From an uncultured Oscillospiraceae bacterium (GTDB lineage Bacteria > Bacillota > Clostridia > Oscillospirales > Oscillospiraceae), in the NCBI GenBank assembly GCA_964446815.1, contig CAYUQN010000002.1:5463-69462 (forward strand): a stretch of DNA of 64,000 nucleotides, given 5' to 3'. Shown piece by piece: positions 43,029 to 52,977 of this stretch; position 1 is the first letter of the stretch; each line of letters opens with the position of its first letter. The notes under the pieces are model-generated. The model had not been told where the DNA came from. It saw only the letters and a list, made by a program, of their open reading frames with translations, and made no database searches. The position numbers and the translations under genes are program-made.

Positions 43029-44924
43029 ATGAAAGACGGATTTTTTAAAGTAGCCGCCGCGTCACCTATGATAAAGGTCGCGGATACCGACTATAACGCG
43101 GATCGCATTATCGAGTGCATCGCCGAGGCAGCAGGCAAGGGCGTAAAGCTCATCTCCTTCCCCGAGCTTGTCATAAGCGGCTGCTCCTGCTACGATCTTT
43201 TTAACCACGGTGTCCTTCTGAGAGGTGCCGAGGCCGCTCTCGAAAAAATCGTGGATGCCACCGCACAGCTTGATATCATGTCCGTTGTCGGACTGCCCTT
43301 TGCCCCCAGAGGCGGAGCGCTGTACAGTGTTGCGGCGATAGTCTACGGCGGTGAGATCCTTGCCATGATCCCCAGAACCGAGGTCAAGGGAACCTCCTTT
43401 ACCGCTCCCGAAAAAGAGATACGCACCGTCTCCTTCGGCTCCGAGGGTCAGTTTGACGTCGACTTCGGTACCGAGATAATCCTCAGTGCCGACTTCCCCC
43501 GTTCTCTTGCCATCGCAGTCGAGCTCGGTGCCGATGCCGATGCCGTCATGGCTCCGGCGGCACGTCATGCGGTCTCCGGTGCAAGTCTTATCGTAAGCCT
43601 TGCATCCTTCCCCTCGACCGTCAGTTCCACCGATGAAGCCACCGCAAAGATAAAGTACCGCTCCGAGAATCTCAAGTGTGCAATGCTCCTTGCCGCTCCC
43701 GGTAAGGGTGAAAGCAGTACCGACAATGTGTTCTCCGGTCTCTGCATGATAGCCGAAAACGGTCAGGTGCTTGCATCCGATGAGTGTGAGAATTGCATGG
43801 TGATCTCCGAGGTCGATATGGATTATATCGAGAACCTCCGCCGTAAGGCAGGCTCCTTCGGTGTCGGGACCTATCCGCACTATGAGTTCCGTTGGGACAA
43901 TGAGCTGTGCGAGACTACGCTCACACGCAGCTATCGCAAGCTTCCGCATCTCCCCGAGTTTGAGCGTGACATGGGCAAGTACTGCCGCAGAATGATAGAC
44001 ATTCAGGTATCCGGCCTTATAAAGCGTATGCAGTACGCAGGACTGGATCACTGCGTTGTCGGTATCTCCGGCGGTGTCGATTCCACTCTGTGTGTCATGA
44101 TCTGCGCCGAGGCAATGAAGCGTATGGGTCTGCCCTCTACAAATGTTGTTGCCTGCACTCTGCCTTGCTTCGGTACCTCGTCCCGTACCAAGTCCAATGC
44201 GATAATCGTTGCGGAGCAGGTCGGTGCGGAGGTCAGAGTTATAGATATCGGTGAGAGCGTGTACAAGCACTTTGACGATATCGGTCACGCACATGACGAT
44301 TACTCCGTTGCTTTCGAGAATGCACAGGCCCGTGAACGCACTCAGGTGCTCATGGATATCGCTAACAAGGTCAACGGTCTGGATGTCGGCACCGAGGATC
44401 TGAGCGAATTTGTCGACGGTTGGTGTACCTATAACGGCGACCACACCAGTATGTACGACGTTAACATGGGACTCACCAAGACCCAAGTTCGTGCAGGTGT
44501 ACGCTATATCGCGCAGCACACCGATGACAAGGTGCTTGCCGATGCGCTTTGGGACGTTCTGGACTGCCCCGTAACTCCCGAGCTTCTGCCCATCACCGCC
44601 GATGAGATCGAGCAAAAGAGTGAGGAAAGCGTCGGCTCCTATTCGCTTCAGGACTTCTTCACTCACAAGATGATGATCTGCGGCTTCTCTCCGGCAAAAA
44701 CTCTGCGTATCGCAAAGACGGTGTGGCACGATGAATTCTCCGATGAGGAGCTTGTAAAGTGGCTAACGAGCTATTGCAAGCGTTACTTCTCACAGCAGTT
44801 TAAGCGTAGCTGTCTCATGGACGGCCCTGCTGTTGAGGCGTTCTCCGTGTCTCCGAGAAACGGCTTCCTCATCCCCTCCGATGCGGAAAATACCCTGTTC
44901 GTAAAGGATATCGAGAAAGCATAA
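43029..44924 (+). CDS. nadE: Glutamine-dependent NAD+ synthetase (CN-hydrolase plus NadE domains)
   Basis: It has an N-terminal nitrilase-like domain (ISFPEL..) and a C-terminal PP-loop GISGGVDSTL. Confidence 0.9.
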   Translation: MKDGFFKVAAASPMIKVADTDYNADRIIECIAEAAGKGVKLISFPELVISGCSCYDLFNHGVLLRGAEAALEKIVDATAQLDIMSVVGLPFAPRGGALYSVAAIVYGGEILAMIPRTEVKGTSFTAPEKEIRTVSFGSEGQFDVDFGTEIILSADFPRSLAIAVELGADADAVMAPAARHAVSGASLIVSLASFPSTVSSTDEATAKIKYRSENLKCAMLLAAPGKGESSTDNVFSGLCMIAENGQVLASDECENCMVISEVDMDYIENLRRKAGSFGVGTYPHYEFRWDNELCETTLTRSYRKLPHLPEFERDMGKYCRRMIDIQVSGLIKRMQYAGLDHCVVGISGGVDSTLCVMICAEAMKRMGLPSTNVVACTLPCFGTSSRTKSNAIIVAEQVGAEVRVIDIGESVYKHFDDIGHAHDDYSVAFENAQARERTQVLMDIANKVNGLDVGTEDLSEFVDGWCTYNGDHTSMYDVNMGLTKTQVRAGVRYIAQHTDDKVLADALWDVLDCPVTPELLPITADEIEQKSEESVGSYSLQDFFTHKMMICGFSPAKTLRIAKTVWHDEFSDEELVKWLTSYCKRYFSQQFKRSCLMDGPAVEAFSVSPRNGFLIPSDAENTLFVKDIEKA

Positions 44925-45067
44925 CAGCAAAACCGCCGAAACAATTTGAGCAAAAACTCCCCACGGCAAAAGTCGAGGGGAGTTTTTAAACTCGATGCAA
45001 AAAAGACTTGACTTTGTGGCGGATGTGAATTATAATACACAAGCTGTAACTTAATAGTTTTGCACTC

Positions 45068-45160
45068 GGAGAAGTCGCGTAGTCCGGCCGAGCGCGCACG
45101 ATTGGAAATCGTGTAAACCCCATAAGGGTTTCGAGGGTTCAAATCCCTCCTTCTCCGCCA
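45068..45160 (+). tRNA. tRNA-Ser(GGA): tRNA-Ser, anticodon GGA, long variable arm, CCA encoded
   Basis: It reads GGAGAAG...CACGA-TTGGAAA-TCGTG...GAGGGTTCAAATCCCTC CTTCTCC GCCA. A terminator hairpin follows at 45163-45205. Confidence 0.9.
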
Positions 45161-45319
45161 ACAAAAAGCACACATTTGTCTACCTGACGAATGTGTGCTT
45201 TTTTGATTGAAGTGCGCTAAGGTGCATGAAGAGGCTTCGCCACATTAGGGTGCGCTTCGCTTCATGTTCTGCGAGCAGATCACTTCATGAAAAGCTTCTG
45301 CAAGCTCATATTGATATGC

Positions 45320-45353
45320 AAAATCGGGTAGCCCAACAGGGTACCCGATTTTT
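45320..45353. terminator. Terminator ending the minus-strand 45.4-55.1 kb operon
   Basis: Stem ATCGGGTA/TACCCGAT with flanking A- and T-runs, 30 nt downstream of the aminotransferase stop. Confidence 0.6.
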
Positions 45354-45384
45354 GTCGTCTTATTCATTTACCTGCTTATCTGTC

Positions 45385-46512
45385 CTATTCATGTACGAAC
45401 ACGGAGCGGATCAGGTCGGTGACTTTTTCGATATCCTCTGCGGTCATCTTTGTATCGCTTGGGAGGCACACACCGTTCTCAAACAGCTCCTCACTTACCG
45501 GTCTGTCGCTCACCGAGACAAAGGGGCACTCGGAGAAAACAGGCTGCATATGCATGGGCTTCCAGACATGGCGTGCCTCGATGCCGTGCTTTGCCAGCTC
45601 ACCGATAAGCTCGCTTGGCTTTACGCCGCAATCCTTATCAAGCAGCACGGTACTCAGCCAACGGTTGCTGCTGCAATCCTCGGGCTCTGTGGGAAAGCTC
45701 ATCGGGAGCTCGGAAAGCCGTGCTTTATAGGTTTCAAAGATCTCACGCTTCTTTGCTATACGCTGCGGAAGCACCTTCATCTGTCCCCTGCCTATTCCTG
45801 CACTCACATTGCTCAGGCGGTAGTTATAGCCTATCTCCTCATGCTGATACCACGGAAAGGGCTCCCTTGCCTGAGTCGCAAGCTTCAGGGCATGGGCTGC
45901 ATCGGCTTCGTTCTCGCACAGGAGCATACCGCCTCCGGAGGTGGTGATTATCTTGTTCCCGTTGAAGGAAAGGGCTCCGAAAACGCCGAAGGTGCCGCAG
46001 GCTCTCCCCTTGTACGTTGAGCCGAGGGCTTCTGCTGCATCCTCGATCAGCACTATACCGTGCTCCTCGCAGATATCGCAAAGCTCACTTAATCTCGCCG
46101 GTGTACCGTAAAGGTGGACGGCTATCAGTGCCTTGGGGGCTCCGTAAAGCTCTATCGCCTTGCGGACTGCATCGGGGTCAATATTCCAGCTTTCCGGCTC
46201 CGAGTCAATATACACCGCTCTTGCACCGCAATAGGCTATCGGATTTGCCGATGCCGAGAAGGTCAGGCTCTGGCAAAAGACCGTATCCCCTGCTCCGACA
46301 TCCGAGAGGATCAGGGCAAGGTGCAAGGCGGCAGTGCCGGAGGACAGTGCGACGGTACTGCCCGATCCGGTAAAGCATTTTACGGATTTTTCGAATTCGT
46401 TTACGTTTTCGCCCAAGGGTGCTATCCAATTCTTATTGAAAGCATCATGGACATACTCAAGCTCATAGCCCTCATCCGACATATGGGGGCTTGAAAGAAA
46501 TATTCTATCCAT
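45385..46512 (-). CDS. DegT/DnrJ/EryC1/StrS family sugar aminotransferase (PglE-like)
   Basis: The start is at MDRIFLSSPHM, preceded by GGAGAG. It has NWIAPLG and the PLP-Lys region SFNGNKIITTSGGG. Confidence 0.9.
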   Translation of the reverse strand: MDRIFLSSPHMSDEGYELEYVHDAFNKNWIAPLGENVNEFEKSVKCFTGSGSTVALSSGTAALHLALILSDVGAGDTVFCQSLTFSASANPIAYCGARAVYIDSEPESWNIDPDAVRKAIELYGAPKALIAVHLYGTPARLSELCDICEEHGIVLIEDAAEALGSTYKGRACGTFGVFGALSFNGNKIITTSGGGMLLCENEADAAHALKLATQAREPFPWYQHEEIGYNYRLSNVSAGIGRGQMKVLPQRIAKKREIFETYKARLSELPMSFPTEPEDCSSNRWLSTVLLDKDCGVKPSELIGELAKHGIEARHVWKPMHMQPVFSECPFVSVSDRPVSEELFENGVCLPSDTKMTAEDIEKVTDLIRSVFVHE

Positions 46513-46532
46513 GTTTTCTCTCCTGTCCGATA

Positions 46533-48416
46533 TCACACCGTACTTACATTTCTATGATAGGTGGGGACGATCTGTGCAATGGTATCACGCAGATGCTCCT
46601 CCTCGCCTTCTCCGATTTTTTTGAGCTCGGAGAGTCTTTCGTCAAGATGCTCTGCATCGAAATCGGTCTCTCCGCCGATATAAATGAGGTCGTTTGCCGT
46701 CTTTTGCATACCCTCACCTGAGAGCAGCAGCTCCTCGTAGAGCTTCTCACCCGGTCTGAGTCCGGTGTACACTACGGGGATATCGACATCGGGCTCAAGC
46801 CCCGAAAGGCGGATCATGTTCCTTGCAAGATCGTCTATCCTCACGGGCTCACCCATATCGAGTACAAATATCTCACCGCCCTTGGCATAGGCACCTGCCT
46901 GGAAAATGAGCTGCACCGCCTCGGGAATAGTCATAAAGTAGCGTATGACGTTCTTGTCCGTTACCGTCACGGGACCGCCCTCTCTTATCTGACGGCGAAA
47001 CAGCGGTATTACGCTGCCTGCCGAGCCTAAGACATTGCCGAAGCGAACTGCGACGTATTCCGTATCGCTCCTGCCGTTCCACATTTGGACTATCATTTCG
47101 CATATACGCTTTGATGCTCCCATGACGTTCGTGGGGTTTACCGCCTTATCGGTCGAAACGAGGATCATACGCTTTGTGCCGTACTTATCCGCCGCTGCCA
47201 CAACGTTATAGGTGCCGAACACATTGTTCTTTATCGCTTCAAGGGGTGAATTCTCCATAAGCGGAACGTGCTTATGTGCCGCAGCGTGACAAACGAGGTC
47301 GGGGCGGTACTTATCGAATATGTACTCGACCCTTGCTTTGTCACGCACCGAGCCTATCAGCACCGTGAGATTCAGCTCCGGATGTGTACGTTTTAGCTCC
47401 ATTTGCAGATCGTAGGCATTGTTCTCGTAGATGTCGAAAATGATGAGCCGCTCCGGAGACTGCGTTGCCGCCTGACGGCAAAGCTCACTGCCTATGCTTC
47501 CGCCGCCGCCTGTGACAAGAACGGTCTTGCCCTTTATGTAGCCTGCGACCTCATCGAGATCGATCTTGACTATATCTCTGCCGAGGAGGTCTTCTATGTC
47601 GACCTCCTTGACCTTTTGTATGCTGACCTCGCCGTTTGCAAGCTGATAAAGTCCCGGAAGGCTTCTGAGCTTACAGCCGGTGGCATGGCATATCTCAAGG
47701 ATATCGAGCTTCTGCCTCCTGCTTGCGGAGGGTATCGCAAGTATGATCTCCTCGATACCGTACTTCTCCGCAGCGGAGATTATCATCTCCTTGCCGCCGA
47801 TGATCTTAACGCCGTGGATATAGCTGCCACGCTTCGAGGGATCGTCGTCGATGACGCAGACGACTTTGTTCTCGGAATGGACGCTGTTCCTGAACTCTCT
47901 TATCAGCATGGAGCCGGATTCACCGCCGCCGATGAGCATGGTACGCCTTTGCTCGGAGCTTGGTACGGTCTTTGCTCTTCTGCGTCGCAGTGCCCTGTAC
48001 ACAAGACGCAAAAGTCCCGTTGCCGCAGCAAGCAGCATGGTGTAGATGATCGGGTAGCTCAGCGGCATCCTCGTATCCGCAAGCAGCAGCATCAGGAAGA
48101 AGTTCAGCAAGGCGGATACAGTCGCCGCTATCCCAATTCGCAAAAGCTCATTGTAGCCCGCAAATTCCCACAGGCTGTTGTACAGATTAAAGCCCCAATA
48201 CAGCAGCACCGTGACGGCGGTATTTATAAGTGCATATCTCAAATACCGCTCAAGGTAGAACATGAACGCCGAGTTGGACAGCGTCATACCGTCGACGGAA
48301 AAGCGGATAAACAGTGTGGCTATCGCCGCAATATTTATCAGCACCGCATCGGCGGCTACAAGGAATAAGACCCTTACGAGCTTTTCCCTGCTCCATTCGT
48401 TTTTTAATCTCCCCAT
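46533..48416 (-). CDS. Membrane-bound nucleotide-sugar 4,6-dehydratase (CapD/PglF-like)
   Basis: It has 4 N-terminal TM segments, then the Rossmann motif VLVTGGGGSIGSEL and the CapD core (NVMGASKR..). Confidence 0.9.
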   Translation of the reverse strand: MGRLKNEWSREKLVRVLFLVAADAVLINIAAIATLFIRFSVDGMTLSNSAFMFYLERYLRYALINTAVTVLLYWGFNLYNSLWEFAGYNELLRIGIAATVSALLNFFLMLLLADTRMPLSYPIIYTMLLAAATGLLRLVYRALRRRRAKTVPSSEQRRTMLIGGGESGSMLIREFRNSVHSENKVVCVIDDDPSKRGSYIHGVKIIGGKEMIISAAEKYGIEEIILAIPSASRRQKLDILEICHATGCKLRSLPGLYQLANGEVSIQKVKEVDIEDLLGRDIVKIDLDEVAGYIKGKTVLVTGGGGSIGSELCRQAATQSPERLIIFDIYENNAYDLQMELKRTHPELNLTVLIGSVRDKARVEYIFDKYRPDLVCHAAAHKHVPLMENSPLEAIKNNVFGTYNVVAAADKYGTKRMILVSTDKAVNPTNVMGASKRICEMIVQMWNGRSDTEYVAVRFGNVLGSAGSVIPLFRRQIREGGPVTVTDKNVIRYFMTIPEAVQLIFQAGAYAKGGEIFVLDMGEPVRIDDLARNMIRLSGLEPDVDIPVVYTGLRPGEKLYEELLLSGEGMQKTANDLIYIGGETDFDAEHLDERLSELKKIGEGEEEHLRDTIAQIVPTYHRNVSTV

Positions 48417-48434
48417 AACAATTACCTCTTAGGC

Positions 48435-49871
48435 TCAGTTGGTGCCGTCGGCTTCGGTGTCCCCATAATTTTTACCGTAGCCGTAGCCGTAACCGTAGCC
48501 ATACTTATAACCGTAGCCGTAGCCGTAACCGTTTTTCTTCATGGTGCCTCCGGACACGGCATTGAGTATATAGCCCGAGACCTCAGTTCCGCTCTCGCTG
48601 AGTCTTGTCATGCTCTCAATAACGGAGCTTCTGCTTGCGTAGTTTTGCTTTATGACCATGATCGCCGCATCGCATATCTCCGCAACATCCTCGGCATCGG
48701 TGAGCAGAGAGCAGGGCGGTGTGTCGATCAAAACATAGTCGTATACTTCCTTGAGCCCGTCAATAAGTGCGGTGAATATTCCGCCTCTCATAAGCTCATC
48801 GTTTTCGTCGGCGTTCTCTCCGGCATAGAGAACATCGAAATCATCGAGCTTATGAACGGTCGTTGCGGCGGATGCCGTACCTTCCAGTATTTCCGTAAGA
48901 CCGGCACATTCCTTTTCACCGGTCATCTTGTACATTGACGGATTTCGCAGGTCGCAGTCTATAAGCAGCACCTTTCTGTGGAGCTTTGCAAAGGAGTAGG
49001 CGAGGTTATACGCCACAGTCGTCTTGCCCTCACCGGAAGCGGCACTGCATATAAGCAGCGTCTTTTGCTCCCTGTCACGCATACGCTTGTCCAGTCTCAC
49101 CGCAAGAGTTCTGAACGATTCTCTGTAATATCTGTCCGTGACCGAGGGGAGGGTCAGATTCTTTGTGCTCATTTTACTGCGTTTTTTGACCGCCACCGTG
49201 GGCAAGGTACCGAGGTAACGCACATTGCTGCGGTTTTGCAGATCCTCTCTGCCCATAACGGTGGATTTCGTGTAGCCGTAGATAAACGCAAGCACCAGAC
49301 CCAGTGCAAGCCCCACGACAACGCCTTTTTTGGCGGAGTCCGTCCAATTACGCTGATTGTCGGGCTCATCGGGCATACCGGTCTCGTCAACGATATTCAT
49401 ATAGGTCGGGCCTACAACGAACTCCGCAACCTGCGGATAATTCTTTATCACCGACTGCAAAACATCATAGCAAAGCTTTGCATCGCCGCCCTTGACCGAA
49501 AGCACGATCATATTCGCGCCCTCGACCGCGGTCGCACTTATCGAGGGAAGCGCCGAGGTCCCGACATCCGCCTTAACAAGATCGCTGAGTACGCCGCTTG
49601 TGAGGATATAGGGAAAGGTCTTTTCCATCTGCTGTGCCGCAGCCTGATTGAAGGTCGCAACACTTGACTGATTCTCATTCACCGTATACACGCTGAAGGT
49701 GACCGATGCACTGTAGGACGGGACATAGCTTGTCCATGCACGGTAGCCCATGCCCACACCGCCGAGTAGGGTGAGGAGCAGTACCAGCCACCAAAGCCGT
49801 TTAAGTCCCTGTAAAAAGACATCCAAAAGTCTACCCGGAGAAAAGCTCCGTACAACGCCTTCGTTATTCAT
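48435..49871 (-). CDS. Fused Wzz-like modulator/bacterial tyrosine (BY) kinase, copy 2
   Basis: The start is at MNNEGV, with a GGAGAGGAGAGAGG Shine-Dalgarno sequence, overlapping the upstream stop. It has a 2-TM Wzz-type domain, Walker A SGEGKTT, A' LLIDCDLRNP, Walker B VLIDTPP, and the tail GYGYGYGYKYGYGYGYGYGKNYG. Confidence 0.85.
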   Translation of the reverse strand: MNNEGVVRSFSPGRLLDVFLQGLKRLWWLVLLLTLLGGVGMGYRAWTSYVPSYSASVTFSVYTVNENQSSVATFNQAAAQQMEKTFPYILTSGVLSDLVKADVGTSALPSISATAVEGANMIVLSVKGGDAKLCYDVLQSVIKNYPQVAEFVVGPTYMNIVDETGMPDEPDNQRNWTDSAKKGVVVGLALGLVLAFIYGYTKSTVMGREDLQNRSNVRYLGTLPTVAVKKRSKMSTKNLTLPSVTDRYYRESFRTLAVRLDKRMRDREQKTLLICSAASGEGKTTVAYNLAYSFAKLHRKVLLIDCDLRNPSMYKMTGEKECAGLTEILEGTASAATTVHKLDDFDVLYAGENADENDELMRGGIFTALIDGLKEVYDYVLIDTPPCSLLTDAEDVAEICDAAIMVIKQNYASRSSVIESMTRLSESGTEVSGYILNAVSGGTMKKNGYGYGYGYKYGYGYGYGYGKNYGDTEADGTN

Positions 49872-51372
49872 TGCCTCTCTCCTCTCCGCCATGGGACTTA
49901 GTCTGACTGCGGCTTCCGTAGCCGTACTTGCCGTAACCGTACTTGCCGTAGCCGTGACCGTTGCCGTAGCCGTATTTGCCACCGCTTCCGTAGCTGTAGC
50001 CGTCACTGAGATCGGCGGCTCTTACATTGTTGAAAACACAGCCTATCAGTCTGCCGCAGGCTGCGGACAGCACGTCGATGGAGTCGTTTATCACCTTGAC
50101 CGGTGCGGTATCCTGCCGCACCACCAAGATCGCGGCATCGGCAAGCTCCGCTATACACTCTGCATCGGGGCTGACGGACATGGGCGGAGTGTCGATTATA
50201 ATGCAGTCGACATTCTCCCTTGCCTCATATATCAGCTCTCTCATCGCCTTACCGCTCACAAGCTCGGTGGAACGGTCTGTACCCTGACGGCCGAGGATCA
50301 GTCCCATCTGGTATCCCCTGTCGGATATCAGCGTATCTTTAAGTGCCGCCTTGCCGCCGAGGTAATCAACGATGCTTGCGTACTTTTTGTCCTGATAATT
50401 CATTATCTTGTGCAGAGCCGGCTTCTTCATATCGCCGTCTATCAGGATGACGTTCTTACGCTTCCTGTTCATTGCAAGTGCAAGATTTGCCGCAACGGTG
50501 CTCTTGCCCTCGTTTTCGTAAACGGAGGTCACCATGATGACCTTTGCACCGTCCCTACGCATATGATAATCGACTCTTGTGCGAAGCTTTCTGAAGGTCT
50601 CCGCAAAGGCAAAGCCCGTTTGCGGATTCGTTATGAGTATGCTTCTCTTGCCTCGGGAGAGGAGATCCTTCAGCCTCTTGTACTTGCGTTCGTGATACAC
50701 CGTTGCCAAAAGCTTTGTGTCAAGCTTTGCCTCGACCTCCTCGGATACCTTGACGGTATCTCTCAGGTAGGCCCTGATTATCACAAGCAGCATCGCCGCA
50801 GCCGCAGCAACAAGAGCCGCAAGTCTTGCCATGCCCAGTGCACCCGAGGGATTTACTGCCGTGGTCGGGATCGTCGGCTGACGCAGTATATCCAGCGTCA
50901 CGGTGCTCAGCGTCTTTTCCGCTATCTCACCGTAATTATGCAGCACCGCTTGCGTCATGAGATATGCCTCACCGGGGCTTCCTGCCGTCACGGTCATCTC
51001 GATGAGGTTCGTTTCCTCTATGACCGTTGCGGTTATCTCACCGTATACCCTGTCGGTGTCAAGCTCCTGTGCGACTCTCTTTTTCATTACATCGCTGTCG
51101 ATGATCTCGGAGAAGGAGCTTGCCAAGCTTTGAGCGGCGGCAAGATTTGAATACACCGAGCCGTTGCCCTCTCTCACGGATACGACAAAGGTGGTGTTCG
51201 TCATGTACTTAGGAGTGTAAAGTGCGGAGCTTGCGATATATGCCCAGCAGCCGGCTATTATCGCAACGGCAACTATAAGCCAAAGCTTATTGAGTACCTC
51301 TCTGAGCAGCAGCAGGGGGTGGAAGCCCTGTACGTTCTCATGGGAGGAGGCAACGCTTTTCTTTTCATTCAT
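49864..51372 (-). CDS. Fused Wzz-like modulator/BY-kinase, copy 1
   Basis: It has a 2-TM Wzz-type domain, Walker A ENEGKST, A' ILIDGDMKKP, Walker B IIIDTPP, and the tail GYSYGSGGKYGYGNGHGYGKYGYGKYGYG. Confidence 0.85.
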   Translation of the reverse strand: MNEKKSVASSHENVQGFHPLLLLREVLNKLWLIVAVAIIAGCWAYIASSALYTPKYMTNTTFVVSVREGNGSVYSNLAAAQSLASSFSEIIDSDVMKKRVAQELDTDRVYGEITATVIEETNLIEMTVTAGSPGEAYLMTQAVLHNYGEIAEKTLSTVTLDILRQPTIPTTAVNPSGALGMARLAALVAAAAAMLLVIIRAYLRDTVKVSEEVEAKLDTKLLATVYHERKYKRLKDLLSRGKRSILITNPQTGFAFAETFRKLRTRVDYHMRRDGAKVIMVTSVYENEGKSTVAANLALAMNRKRKNVILIDGDMKKPALHKIMNYQDKKYASIVDYLGGKAALKDTLISDRGYQMGLILGRQGTDRSTELVSGKAMRELIYEARENVDCIIIDTPPMSVSPDAECIAELADAAILVVRQDTAPVKVINDSIDVLSAACGRLIGCVFNNVRAADLSDGYSYGSGGKYGYGNGHGYGKYGYGKYGYGSRSQTKSHGGEERGNE

Positions 51373-51385
51373 AGCTCTGCCCTCC

Positions 51386-52213
51386 TCAACCGACTACGAC
51401 GATGAGCCTTGTCATGCTCTGTCCGTCACCGTAGCCGTAAAAGTAATCGACCGTGTAAACGCCCTCGGTCTCGGTATCGACATTGTTCTCGATACGAAGT
51501 CCGCTTGTGCCCTCACGAAGCTCATCATTGACCTTGTAGCTCTTGACATAGCCCTCGGGGGCAAAGTCCGAGTCCGTGGGGAGGTATATGAGATAGCTTG
51601 TGAGGCTTATCTCCGCCTCGTTCGGTATACGCTCCGTGACCGTTACCGGAAGCTCAAGATGTACCGTATCCCCCAGCTTATTCGTAACGCTGAGCCTCAC
51701 CTTATGCTCACCGACATCGGAAAGAGTAAGGCTCTTGCCCAAAAGTGCGTACTTCACACCGTCGGATATATCGCCGTCGAAAACGTCGGTAGCCGTGATA
51801 TACTTCAAAAGCTCGGCATCTGTGCCCTTTGCGAATATGAGCGGTGCCGAGATCTCAAAGCTCGGTGACTTATAGTCCGAGAACTTCACCGTTCTCTCCG
51901 CTCTTACCATGTGATTGTTCGAGTCGAAGGCGGCATAGCTCACCTTTGCGACACCGTTGCCGGTAAAGCTGCTTATCCCCTCGACTATGAGGGACGCAGT
52001 CACGTCACCGTCCTCGGGATCGCTTGCGGTAACGCCGACGAGCAGCTCCTCATCGGTGTAGCTCGTTCCCACCGTCACCGTATCGCTGTCAAAGGTTATG
52101 ACCGGAGACTGCGGACCGGAGGTGATGCTGACATAGTATTCGTAGCCTATGACCGCTCCCACCGACAGCAGGACAAGTATAAGCATGATTATCGCCGTTT
52201 TGTGTTTTCTCAT
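51386..52213 (-). CDS. Membrane-anchored protein with two Ig-like (DUF5011-type) domains
   Basis: It has an N-terminal TM segment (IIMLILVLLSVGAVIGY). Two repeats carry the D..DGD(V/I)(T/S) pattern (TASDPEDGDVTASL and TATDVFDGDISDGV). Confidence 0.6.
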   Translation of the reverse strand: MRKHKTAIIMLILVLLSVGAVIGYEYYVSITSGPQSPVITFDSDTVTVGTSYTDEELLVGVTASDPEDGDVTASLIVEGISSFTGNGVAKVSYAAFDSNNHMVRAERTVKFSDYKSPSFEISAPLIFAKGTDAELLKYITATDVFDGDISDGVKYALLGKSLTLSDVGEHKVRLSVTNKLGDTVHLELPVTVTERIPNEAEISLTSYLIYLPTDSDFAPEGYVKSYKVNDELREGTSGLRIENNVDTETEGVYTVDYFYGYGDGQSMTRLIVVVG

Positions 52214-52227
52214 ATGGGTGCCTCTTT

Positions 52228-52977
52228 TCAGTATATCTGAAATCTGTCTATCCGCAAAAGCTCCTTGTTGTCAATGATCCTTTGCGGGTTTTCGCAAAGC
52301 AGCAGCTCCGCAAGCTCCTCCGAATAATTGACGCTGATATGGCCGTAAGCGTCCGTCATATCGGGAGTTCGTGCTCCGGCTCCGTGAGCGTCACTTGCTA
52401 TGCAGCTCACCGATGCCTCGGAAAGTAAAATATCGGCAAGCTTGGCGGCGCGTCTACCGAATCTTCCGTAAAGACTGCCCTTGTTTAGCTGTATCCCAAC
52501 GCCGTCGGAATACCATTCGATCGCCGTCTCCGGTCTGTCCTGTAAGGCAAAGTACCGCTCCGGATGTGCCAATATCGGTACAATACCGTCGTCCAGCAAT
52601 CTGTAAAGCACGCTCTGCATAAATACCGAGCCTGCATAAAAATCAAATTCGATGAGCAGATACCTGCTTCCGTTGAGCGTCGGCAATCTGCCCTCCCGGC
52701 AGAGTCTCGGGACATCGGCGGTGCCGAATACCTCAGTGCCGAGGTAAAGCTCCAAGGGAATATCCGCTGCGGCGATCTCCTCTTTAAGCTCCTCAAAAGC
52801 CCTCGTGAGCTTATCCGAAGCAAAGTTTTCAAACCGCCCTATTTGATTGCAATGCGGTGTCGCTATCATCTGCTCCGTTCCGCATTCGGCGGCGATCTCC
52901 GCCATGGAAAGCGAGGTCAGCATATCCTGAGAGCCGTCGTCAAGCGAGGGAATGATATGCGAATGTATGTCTATCAT
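52228..52977 (-). CDS. cpsB: CpsB/CapC-type PHP-domain protein-tyrosine phosphatase
   Basis: It has the canonical N-terminus MIDIHSHIIPSLDDGS, preceded by GGGAGG, and ..IATPH.. and ..ILAHPERY.. motifs. Confidence 0.9.
   Translation of the reverse strand: MIDIHSHIIPSLDDGSQDMLTSLSMAEIAAECGTEQMIATPHCNQIGRFENFASDKLTRAFEELKEEIAAADIPLELYLGTEVFGTADVPRLCREGRLPTLNGSRYLLIEFDFYAGSVFMQSVLYRLLDDGIVPILAHPERYFALQDRPETAIEWYSDGVGIQLNKGSLYGRFGRRAAKLADILLSEASVSCIASDAHGAGARTPDMTDAYGHISVNYSEELAELLLCENPQRIIDNKELLRIDRFQIY

Noticed and set aside
43062-44729. 555-aa minus-strand ORF antisense to nadE
   Set aside because: It has no recognisable domains, while the plus strand encodes a full CN-hydrolase/NadE protein with the SGGVDS PP-loop.
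48470-50000. Short tandem gtagccgta-like repeats considered as a possible CRISPR array or satellite
   Set aside because: The units are 6-9 nt codon repeats lying inside two ORFs, where they encode (Gly-Tyr)n kinase tails. There is no spacer/repeat architecture.
49872-50006. N-terminal TATATEAVANTATATV... extension of BY-kinase copy 2 in the ORF track
   Set aside because: It is the alternate-frame read of the upstream gene's GY-repeat DNA. A strong Shine-Dalgarno sequence (GGAGAGGAGAGAGG) precedes the internal ATG at 49871.
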